Shown: positions 8,363 to 15,335, numbered from the stretch's first letter. The stretch: DNA of 60,966 nt from an uncultured Candidatus Saccharibacteria bacterium (GCA_964633865.1 CAZWIJ010000008.1:1-60966), one strand, 5' to 3'. Numbers and translations: made by a program. Notes: generated from the sequence alone by a model not told the origin.

Positions 8363-8896
8363 ATGTTAAAAGTTGAATGTTTTGAAAAAATAGAATCTTT
8401 TTTAGAAAAAAAGATTCTCTGGGATTTATATAACATATCCTTTGGAGATGATATTATCTGTGCTCAGGATCAAATGTGTTATGACGAAGATTTTTTCACA
8501 AAAGCTTTGGATGATCCCGACTATCTCAAGTTCATTCTTTATCAATACAACTCTCCTGTAGGGATTGCTCTTATGACTAACAATTTAGTCAAAGCAAGAA
8601 TTGCTTATTGCAATGATAAGTTTTTGATAAATAAATATCCTGAATATGCTAAGGATAAAAAAATTTATTATATAACATGTTTATGTGTTGATAAGAAACA
8701 TAAAGGTGAAGTAAGATATATATTATTTAATATGTGTAAATTTATTTATTTAAATCAAGCTATTGTTGTTTTTGATTATTCCAATAACAAAAATTCTTCA
8801 CTACCAATTCTAATAAAAAGAGTTGCGAATAGAATCTCTAAAATAAATGAAACAACTTTGGATCATCAAATCTTTGAATCCATGGTTTTTACCTAA
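8363..8896 (+). CDS. Hypothetical protein, possibly a GNAT-like acetyltransferase
   Basis: The ORF-track start at 8348 is a TTG too close to the predicted TSS, so the ATG at 8363 (MLKVECFEKIE...) is preferred. IYYITCLCVDKKHKGEVRYILFNMCKFI followed by VVFDYSNNKN weakly resembles GNAT motif A. Confidence 0.45.
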   Translation: MLKVECFEKIESFLEKKILWDLYNISFGDDIICAQDQMCYDEDFFTKALDDPDYLKFILYQYNSPVGIALMTNNLVKARIAYCNDKFLINKYPEYAKDKKIYYITCLCVDKKHKGEVRYILFNMCKFIYLNQAIVVFDYSNNKNSSLPILIKRVANRISKINETTLDHQIFESMVFT

Positions 8897-8935
8897 ACTC
8901 ATCCTCCCATTATTGGGAGCTTTTTTATTTTATTT
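8887..8935 (+). repeat. Copy 1 of a repeated ~45-nt terminator module
   Basis: TTTTACCTAAACTCATCCTCCCATTATTGGGAGCTTTTTTATTTTATTTAGATT, with hairpin CTCCCA (8904-8909) and TGGGAG (8914-8919) plus T6. Near-identical copies occur at 11638-11690 and 15292-15333, and a variant at 10717-10750. Confidence 0.7.
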
Positions 8936-8964
8936 AGATTATTTATTCACCTTATGTCTTAATA

Positions 8965-9004
8965 ATTTTTATAATAATCTCAGATTTATCTTTTTTAATT
9001 TTAT
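8965..9004 (-). pseudogene. ~40-nt remnant of the 3' end of an S66 (MccF-like) LD-carboxypeptidase gene
   Basis: The minus strand reads AAAATTAAAAAAGATAAATCTGAGATTATTATAAAAATT, nearly identical to the last codons (KIKKDKSEII...) of the pseudogene at 11876-12286. It abuts the stop codon of the hydrolase gene. Confidence 0.5.
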
Positions 9005-9005
9005 T

Positions 9006-9857
9006 TTATTTTTCTAAAAATTCTTTTATTATTAAATCTTGTAATCTTTTTGAAATACCATTTAAATGATGGTCTACATAAGGAAAATAATGAAATTCTA
9101 TATTTTTAAAATCATTGTTAATCAAACTATGATAAAATGCTATTGTTTTTAAAGGATTAACATTAATATCTAATCCCCCTTGAATAAGTAATATTTTTGT
9201 ATTTTTATTGATTTTTGAAAAATTATAAAATGGAGATCTCTTTAAATTTTCTGATTTAGATTCTACATCATACATATCTTTTCTAAATTCTTTTAACTCT
9301 GGTCTCTTTTCATAACTATCTTCTAAATCTAACTCTGGATTAATAATTATAGCTTTTTTGATCCAATCTTGACTTTTAAGTAAATTTAGAGCCATCAGTC
9401 CACCTCTACTTGCTCCATAAATATTTATATTATTAATATCGGCATTTGGAATTTCTTTTATTACTTCTTTTAAATTAATTAAATCTTTTAGATCCATACC
9501 TGATAATTCATCTTTTCCTTCACTTCCATCATTTCCAGAATATTGGGTTGTAATAACTATAAATCCCCAAGAAGCTATTCGAGATAAAGGAAATGTTATT
9601 ACTCTATCATTTATTATCCCAAAATTTTTACTTCCACCTCTGGCATATATTAAGACAGGTAACTTTTTAGTAGAATCTTTTGGAGTAACAATATAACCTT
9701 TGATTTTTCTTCCATCAGAATTATACCAAATCTCATAACATTGAACTGAATTTATTATAGATATTAGATTTTCCTTTTTTTCCATTGACAATTCTTGAAA
9801 AAAATCTTTTTTTAAAAATTCTTCATAATTGATTTTAGTTTGAGTTATAATTTTCAT
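9006..9857 (-). CDS. Alpha/beta hydrolase (S9 prolyl-oligopeptidase/dienelactone-hydrolase-like), paralog A
   Basis: 283 aa. Nucleophile elbow IYGASRGG, with a C-terminal D and H (VDHHL). Clear paralogy to 12301-13143 (LPVLIYARGGSKNFGII versus LPVIIYNRGGSKDYGII). Confidence 0.7.
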   Translation of the reverse strand: MKIITQTKINYEEFLKKDFFQELSMEKKENLISIINSVQCYEIWYNSDGRKIKGYIVTPKDSTKKLPVLIYARGGSKNFGIINDRVITFPLSRIASWGFIVITTQYSGNDGSEGKDELSGMDLKDLINLKEVIKEIPNADINNINIYGASRGGLMALNLLKSQDWIKKAIIINPELDLEDSYEKRPELKEFRKDMYDVESKSENLKRSPFYNFSKINKNTKILLIQGGLDINVNPLKTIAFYHSLINNDFKNIEFHYFPYVDHHLNGISKRLQDLIIKEFLEK

Positions 9858-9889
9858 AGGTTTATATAATTAATAATATATAATTAAAA

Positions 9890-9914
9890 TGTGGATTAAA
9901 ATAATTAATCCACA
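9890..9914 (-). terminator. Hairpin terminator
   Basis: TGTGGATTAA (9890-9899) pairs with TTAATCCACA (9905-9914). It lies downstream of the stop of the 9937-10350 gene and is T-rich after the stem on the minus strand. Confidence 0.5.
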
Positions 9915-9936
9915 CAGATAACTAGAATTTATTGTA

Positions 9937-10350
9937 TCAATCAGAGCAAGCAAATTTAATCAAATCTAGTATTTCTAATAATTGTTTAAATTCTTCTTGA
10001 TAATCTGAATTAGAATACAATTTATCATGTAAATCTAATATTAAAGATTCAAATTCTTTAGAAATTTTTTTTGATTCAACAATACCAGCTATACTCAAAA
10101 CTTGTTCTAAATATCCTGTTGTAATAATTTGTCTATCAGGAAAATCATTTGGCATACTAAAATAATTATTAGCAAATATATATTTTTCATCTAAAAAAAA
10201 TGGCATTATCATATGAATATCTAATTTTTGATTTAAAAAATCTGTCATTTTTCCAGAAAACAAAATCAATGATTCTTTAGCTTTTTGTGAAGCTCTTGAA
10301 TTTTTAGCTTTTTTCAGAATATCAATTATTTCAGTATATAATGTTTTCAT
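9937..10350 (-). CDS. Hypothetical protein (137 aa)
   Basis: Intact ORF in a clean intergenic context. I recognise no motif. Confidence 0.5.
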   Translation of the reverse strand: MKTLYTEIIDILKKAKNSRASQKAKESLILFSGKMTDFLNQKLDIHMIMPFFLDEKYIFANNYFSMPNDFPDRQIITTGYLEQVLSIAGIVESKKISKEFESLILDLHDKLYSNSDYQEEFKQLLEILDLIKFACSD

Positions 10351-10394
10351 AAAGTAATAAGGTAGATGTGTTTACATCTACCAATAAAAATTAA

Positions 10395-10619
10395 TTATTT
10401 AGTATTGTCTTTACAGACTTTACATTCTCCACGATGGACTACTCCGATTTCTCCAGTTGAAGGATTATTCCAACCATGACAGTGATTTCCTGATGATTTA
10501 TCAGTTCCAACATAGGAATCTCTTTGACCAGTTTTTTCATTGACTTTATCAGAACCCCATGTACCTTCTGAATCAGATACTTTATCTGAACTAGTTCCCC
10601 AACCAAACAACTTAGCCAT
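10395..10619 (-). CDS. Small hydrophilic Gly/Ser/Asp/Lys-rich protein (74 aa) with an HCH...CxxC tail
   Basis: GGAGG RBS (minus strand) 8 nt before the ATG. Strong promoter at 10660-10687. Sequence MAKLFGWGTSSDKVSDSEGTWG...NHCHGW...GECKVCKDNTK. Confidence 0.6.
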   Translation of the reverse strand: MAKLFGWGTSSDKVSDSEGTWGSDKVNEKTGQRDSYVGTDKSSGNHCHGWNNPSTGEIGVVHRGECKVCKDNTK

Positions 10620-10659
10620 TTTTAAACCTCCAAATGGTTTTAATTAAATGTACATATTT

Positions 10660-10687
10660 AGTATATCAAAAAAAAAAGATTTGTCAA
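10660..10687 (-). promoter_or_regulatory. Promoter with a poly-T spacer
   Basis: The minus strand reads TTGACAAATCTTTTTTTTTTGATATACTAAATATGTAC (-35 at 10687-10682, -10 TATACT at 10665-10660). Confidence 0.6.
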
Positions 10688-10716
10688 AAAGACTTATAAA
10701 TCTATTTACTTCATCT

Positions 10717-10750
10717 AAAAATCATACTCCCATTTTTGGGAGTTTTTTTA
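10717..10750 (+). repeat. Orphan variant copy of the terminator module
   Basis: AAAATCATACTCCCATTTTTGGGAGTTTTTTTATTTTATTTAAGATTTTT, with hairpin 10726-10743 plus a T-run. No plus-strand gene precedes it. Confidence 0.55.
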
Positions 10751-10798
10751 TTTTATTTAAGATTTTTACTACTATTTTAATAAGTTGTACTTTAAAAT

Positions 10799-10830
10799 AA
10801 TTAAAAACCACTCTTCACTTAAAGAGTGGT
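10799..10830 (-). terminator. Intrinsic terminator of the 68-aa gene
   Basis: AACCACTCTT (10805-10814) pairs with AAGAGTGGTT (10821-10830), with a T-run on the minus strand. Confidence 0.6.
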
Positions 10831-10871
10831 TAAAATTTAATATAGATTAAGTTTAGTATATTTCTTAAACA

Positions 10872-11078
10872 TTAATCATCTTTATTAGTACCAAATACAG
10901 CATTGAAAATTGAATAAAGTATTGGACCTGTAGTTGAGTCAGAAACTTTATCATAATTTCTTTCTTGTAAAGATCCTTCACTAGCTGCATCATCTCGTGC
11001 TTGATGCCAAGATTGACTTACTTCTTTACAAGATGATCCAGTGTCTTTAGCTGCATCATTTTTACCATATCCAGACAT
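10872..11078 (-). CDS. Small hydrophilic protein (68 aa)
   Basis: MSGYGKNDAAKDTGSSCKEVSQSWHQARDDAAS...YDKVSDSTTG. It shares the hexapeptide DKVSDS with the 74-aa protein. A GAGG RBS lies upstream. Confidence 0.55.
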   Translation of the reverse strand: MSGYGKNDAAKDTGSSCKEVSQSWHQARDDAASEGSLQERNYDKVSDSTTGPILYSIFNAVFGTNKDD

Positions 11079-11136
11079 TTTTCATACCTCATGCGTGAAT
11101 TGACATATTTAAATTATCATAGTATATTATATTTGT

Positions 11137-11680
11137 CAATATTCAATCTATTTAAAATTATGTCTATAAAAAAATTAAATGCAGATCTTATTTTGATTAG
11201 CTCTTATAATAAAAATTTTCAATTAATAGCTAATCTAATTTTTCATAATAATAAAAAAGAAGAAGATTTCATAAAATATTTTTCTGATAAATTTTTCTCA
11301 GACTCTCCAAATAATAGTAAAAAAATATCAGAAAATTATTTTTTAGATAATATTTTTTGGGACATAGAACAATATCTCGTAGATCATAAATATATACAAA
11401 TAATTAATTATAATGATCTTCTGAAAATAGCAGAAAATAATTTAAATATAAAAGATTTATTCATTATAAAGAGTTTTTTAGGTTTTGGAATACAAAAAGG
11501 GGATCCTCTTACACTTTCTGAATTTAGGGAAAAATATTCTTTTGCATACAATACTGATGATATTATACTCAGTATTGGTAAATACTTTAATCTTGTTTTA
11601 AAACTAACCAAAGACTTAAATATATGAAATCTATATATTTTACCTAAAATCATCCTCCCATTATTGGGAGCTTTTTTATT
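11137..11680 (+). repeat. Direct repeat copy 1 (~545 bp), identical to 14791-15335
   Basis: Read side by side, the two copies match at every base I compared, from CAATATTCAATCTATTTAAAATT through GGGAGCTTTTTT. The only difference is T6 versus T7 at the end. The offset is 3654 bp. Confidence 0.9.
11160..11627 (+). CDS. Hypothetical 155-aa protein, duplicate copy 1
   Basis: The ATG at 11160 (MSIKKLNADL...) is the start shared with the second copy. The ORF-track extension from 11091 lies outside the repeat. The C-terminal IIKSFLGFGIQKGDPLTLSEFREKYSF is faintly HTH / sigma region-4-like, which is speculative. Confidence 0.65.
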   Translation: MSIKKLNADLILISSYNKNFQLIANLIFHNNKKEEDFIKYFSDKFFSDSPNNSKKISENYFLDNIFWDIEQYLVDHKYIQIINYNDLLKIAENNLNIKDLFIIKSFLGFGIQKGDPLTLSEFREKYSFAYNTDDIILSIGKYFNLVLKLTKDLNI

Positions 11681-11875
11681 TTGTTTTAGATTTTAAATTA
11701 TGACTAAAAAAAAGCTTGTTAAGCTCTTTTTCTGTTAACTAGATTAAAATTTTATCAAATATTATTTATCTTTGAATATCAATCCATAAAATTTTCATAA
11801 TTATCTTCTATTTATTCATTTTACACCGTTGTATTAGATTTCTGAACCGAAGATTTAAAAGGAATATCGCAGAAC

Positions 11876-12286
11876 TTAATTTTTTACAATAATCTCAGAT
11901 TTATCTTTTTTAATTTTAAGAGTAACACTCCCACCAATAGGAAAAACGAACATAGGATGAGTATGACCAAAATCTAAATTAGCAATAATAGGTATGTTCT
12001 GTAATTCTTTTTTTGTTTTAATAGATTTTATCAGAAGCTCATCTTTAACTTTACTATCTTTTTGGAATCTACCTATTACAAGAGCTTTTACCTTATCAAA
12101 ATTAGGTTGATAGATTAATGATTGTAAATCTCTGTCAAATATTCCTATATTAGATTAATTATCTACTTTAACCAAAATAACACTGCTAGACATACCTTGA
12201 AAAGGAACACTTTTATCAATAATCTTGCATTTCCATTTACATTCTATATGATTTATAAGTCTTGTCTGTATGTTTAAATTTTTCAT
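11876..12286 (-). pseudogene. Truncated, stop-interrupted S66 LD-carboxypeptidase (MccF-like) pseudogene
   Basis: Hand translation of the minus strand gives MKNLNIQTRL...VKVDN*SNIGIFDRDLQSLIYQPNFDKVKALVIGRFQKDS...IPIIANLDFGHTHPMFVFPIGGSVTLKIKKDKSEIIVKN*. It contains the C-terminal GRF...DFGHTxP signature of S66 peptidases. The N-terminal Ser-nucleophile domain is absent and there is an in-frame TAA. Confidence 0.65.
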
Positions 12287-12300
12287 CTTTAAAAATAATA

Positions 12301-13143
12301 TTATAAATTTTTCTTTATAAAATCCACTCCTCTTTCTAAAACAAATTTTTTATACAAAGGCAAACAATGTTGATCATCTAATATATGTAAATTATAATCT
12401 ATCCCTGCTTTAGATAATTCTAAAGCTAGTTTTAAAGTATCTTCCAAAGGAGCTCTGTCGTCTTTTGTTCCATGAAAAATAATTAAAGGGACATTTTTCG
12501 GAAATTTATCAACCAAGTATAATGCCGATCTCTTTTTATTTTCTAAACCTGAATCAACATCATACATATCTCTTCTAAATTCTTTTAATTTAAGTCTCAA
12601 TTTATAATTATTCTCAATATCTGTTGGAGCACAGTTAATTACTCCTGATTTTATCCAATTTACCTCATTAATAAGAATATATGTCATCATACCACCTCGA
12701 CTATCTCCCCACATACTTATTTTAGATTCATCACTAATTTCAGATTCTTTGATACATTCATATAAATCAATTACTGATTGTATATCTTCTTTACCACCGC
12801 ATTCATCCTTACCTTCACTACCTGCATTACCTGTGTATTGAGAACAAAAAACACTAAAACCTGATAATGCTAATGGGATTAAAAGATTTATTATGATACG
12901 AAAGTCAATTATACCATAATCCTTTGATCCTCCTCTATTATAGATTATAACCGGTAGCTTTTCTGTTGCATATTTAGGATATAAATGAAATCCATTCACA
13001 TTATAATTCTGTGATTTATATGTTATATCAAAAATTTCAGTTGCTTCAATTTGTTTCAATATCTTTTTAGCTTGAACTTCTCCTCTTCTTTTTATCAAAT
13101 TCTCTTTTAGATTTCTGTGAAATGTATAAGGATTTTTTTTCAT
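12301..13143 (-). CDS. Alpha/beta hydrolase (S9-like), paralog B
   Basis: 280 aa. Nucleophile elbow MWGDSRGG. Collinear similarity to 9006-9857. Confidence 0.7.
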   Translation of the reverse strand: MKKNPYTFHRNLKENLIKRRGEVQAKKILKQIEATEIFDITYKSQNYNVNGFHLYPKYATEKLPVIIYNRGGSKDYGIIDFRIIINLLIPLALSGFSVFCSQYTGNAGSEGKDECGGKEDIQSVIDLYECIKESEISDESKISMWGDSRGGMMTYILINEVNWIKSGVINCAPTDIENNYKLRLKLKEFRRDMYDVDSGLENKKRSALYLVDKFPKNVPLIIFHGTKDDRAPLEDTLKLALELSKAGIDYNLHILDDQHCLPLYKKFVLERGVDFIKKNL

Positions 13144-13199
13144 ATATGTATAATGTTATAAAAATAACTCCTAAAAGTAAATTTAAGAGTTTTTAAAGT

Positions 13200-13955
13200 C
13201 TAATAGATTAAATTTGTAGGATAATAATTCCAACCTTTAATAAGAGATGTTACTTTCTTATTAATAAAAGGGTGATTCTTTTTCAAACCCAGAAATGAAA
13301 CCATTGATATTCTAGATGTATCATTATTTGAAGATAGAACTGCATGAGGTGATGGAAAAATATCTAGATTTAAATTGTCTTTTAACCTAACACCTGGAAT
13401 TATGATTGGAAAAGAATCTTCTTTAACATGATTTAAATCTTTTATTTCTAATCTATCCTCAAACTTTAATGAGTATGGTGCTATTAAGAAATTTTCATGC
13501 AATATATTTGATCCCCAAACAACAGAAAAGAGTGTCTTATCAAAATGTGGATGATTAAAAAATAATTTATTATCAAATTTATATTCAATTAATTTTATCA
13601 CTATTGTAGTATAATTTAATATTAACAACAAACTGTTATTTGATATTAATTTAATATATTTATTAAATATCCTTTCTGATTCAATAAATACATCTTCAAG
13701 GAAAGATATTTCTGGCATATATATTGGATTTTCTTTGATTTTAAAGAAAAACTCTTTAGATATTAGAACCTCATTCCTGTTTCTTCCATCGTTTAATTTC
13801 TCACAATGAAAGTATGGGGATTTAGGAATATCAAAATATTTATATTTCTGCAAAAAAAATGAGTAGTCTTGAAAAATTTGAGTTTTTACAAGACCAATTA
13901 ATTTCTTAACAGATATGTGAGAGTTTATAAAATGGTACCCTTTATCTTGAAACAT
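13200..13955 (-). CDS. Hypothetical protein, possibly a 2OG-Fe(II) oxygenase fold
   Basis: 251 aa with a strong AGGAGG RBS. HPHFDKTLFSVVW (HxD), then SPHAVLS, then RISMVSF, matches the HxD...H...RxS spacing of 2OG oxygenases. Motif-level only. Confidence 0.45.
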   Translation of the reverse strand: MFQDKGYHFINSHISVKKLIGLVKTQIFQDYSFFLQKYKYFDIPKSPYFHCEKLNDGRNRNEVLISKEFFFKIKENPIYMPEISFLEDVFIESERIFNKYIKLISNNSLLLILNYTTIVIKLIEYKFDNKLFFNHPHFDKTLFSVVWGSNILHENFLIAPYSLKFEDRLEIKDLNHVKEDSFPIIIPGVRLKDNLNLDIFPSPHAVLSSNNDTSRISMVSFLGLKKNHPFINKKVTSLIKGWNYYPTNLIY

Positions 13956-14035
13956 AAATACCTCCTAATAAAAATACAGATGGCATATTCTTTATATACC
14001 ATCATAAAATATTAAAATTATAGTTTTGAATTTAG

Positions 14036-14617
14036 CTAAAACAATCTTGGTCTTACCATAAGTAATTCGTCAATCGATTTTAACAAATTAATTGCAGGTG
14101 TGCAATCATTACTATCACAGACATTTGCATCACAAGTTGGACCATCACAAGAAGCCTCACACCATGAACTAGGTGTAGAATTAGAAAAAATAAATTCTGC
14201 CTCAAAGATGTCTCCATACTTTGTGTATAATAATTTACTTTCTTCAAAAGCATTCTTTAGTGCAAGAGCATCCTCTTTACCTCTCAAACCAAAATATGGG
14301 AAATGATGTAAGTAGTAGCCAAAAATCATTTGACAGTTAGCATGATATAGTTGAGTATCAAGAATATGTGTATGCCATACAACATCAATATTCTTTGTAG
14401 GTACAATTGATACATTTTGTTTTTGATGACACAAAACTGTAAAAAGAAATACTTTGTATTGTTTTACAGCTTTAATAGCTCTATCTTTTGTCCAAGAATT
14501 ACCATCTTCACAACATGTCAATTTAAAAGCAATGGGTGATAAATCAATATTTTTGATTATATCAATAGAGCTTTTCATGTTTTCTTTTAAGTCTACTTGT
14601 AAATTCGATAAACTCAC
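14036..14617 (-). CDS. GRDP/DUF1399-like protein with a Cys-pentad C-terminal tail
   Basis: 193 aa with a GTG start. VVWHTHILDTQLYHANCQMIFGYYLHHFPYFG resembles the glycine-rich-domain-protein (DUF1399) core. The tail is WCEASCDGPTCDANVCDSNDC. Confidence 0.5.
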   Translation of the reverse strand: MSLSNLQVDLKENMKSSIDIIKNIDLSPIAFKLTCCEDGNSWTKDRAIKAVKQYKVFLFTVLCHQKQNVSIVPTKNIDVVWHTHILDTQLYHANCQMIFGYYLHHFPYFGLRGKEDALALKNAFEESKLLYTKYGDIFEAEFIFSNSTPSSWCEASCDGPTCDANVCDSNDCTPAINLLKSIDELLMVRPRLF

Positions 14618-14652
14618 AGAACTATCTTCCTAAAATTGTAAGGTACACATTT

Positions 14653-14680
14653 ATCATATCAAAAAAAAAAGACTTGTCAA
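14653..14680 (-). promoter_or_regulatory. Promoter with a poly-T spacer (sibling of 10660-10687)
   Basis: The minus strand reads TTGACAAGTCTTTTTTTTTTTGATATGATAAATGTGTAC. Confidence 0.6.
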
Positions 14681-14790
14681 GCAAAAATTTTGAATTAATT
14701 AAAGATACCAATCAGATCACACTTAAATTTATAAAAATCATTTTTTATGTTATAATAAGTGTAATCTTTTTATCTAAAATAATATACTTG

Positions 14791-15335
14791 CAATATTCAA
14801 TCTATTTAAAATTATGTCTATAAAAAAATTAAATGCAGATCTTATTTTGATTAGCTCTTATAATAAAAATTTTCAATTAATAGCTAATCTAATTTTTCAT
14901 AATAATAAAAAAGAAGAAGATTTCATAAAATATTTTTCTGATAAATTTTTCTCAGACTCTCCAAATAATAGTAAAAAAATATCAGAAAATTATTTTTTAG
15001 ATAATATTTTTTGGGACATAGAACAATATCTCGTAGATCATAAATATATACAAATAATTAATTATAATGATCTTCTGAAAATAGCAGAAAATAATTTAAA
15101 TATAAAAGATTTATTCATTATAAAGAGTTTTTTAGGTTTTGGAATACAAAAAGGGGATCCTCTTACACTTTCTGAATTTAGGGAAAAATATTCTTTTGCA
15201 TACAATACTGATGATATTATACTCAGTATTGGTAAATACTTTAATCTTGTTTTAAAACTAACCAAAGACTTAAATATATGAAATCTATATATTTTACCTA
15301 AAATCATCCTCCCATTATTGGGAGCTTTTTTTATT
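14791..15335 (+). repeat. Direct repeat copy 2 (~545 bp)
   Basis: See 11137-11680. Confidence 0.9.
14814..15281 (+). CDS. Hypothetical 155-aa protein, duplicate copy 2
   Basis: Protein identical to 11160-11627. An extended -10 (TGtTATAAT, 14748-14756) lies upstream, outside the repeat. Confidence 0.65.
   Translation: MSIKKLNADLILISSYNKNFQLIANLIFHNNKKEEDFIKYFSDKFFSDSPNNSKKISENYFLDNIFWDIEQYLVDHKYIQIINYNDLLKIAENNLNIKDLFIIKSFLGFGIQKGDPLTLSEFREKYSFAYNTDDIILSIGKYFNLVLKLTKDLNI

Noticed and set aside
9890-9914. DnaA-box-like TGTGGATTA / TAATCCACA pair
   Set aside because: The two 9-mers are the arms of a 10-bp hairpin, followed by a T-rich tract, directly after a stop codon. An intrinsic terminator explains this most simply. 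It is isolated from any other boxes.
11091-11159. N-terminal extension of the first 155-aa gene copy (track start 11091)
   Set aside because: The extension lies outside the perfect repeat, overlaps the divergent promoter region, and is absent from the identical second copy, which starts at the shared ATG.
11408-11653. Minus-strand ORFs 11408-11653 and 15062-15340 inside the duplicated 155-aa gene
   Set aside because: They are shadow frames of the duplicated gene. They run through its terminator hairpin and have no promoter on that strand.
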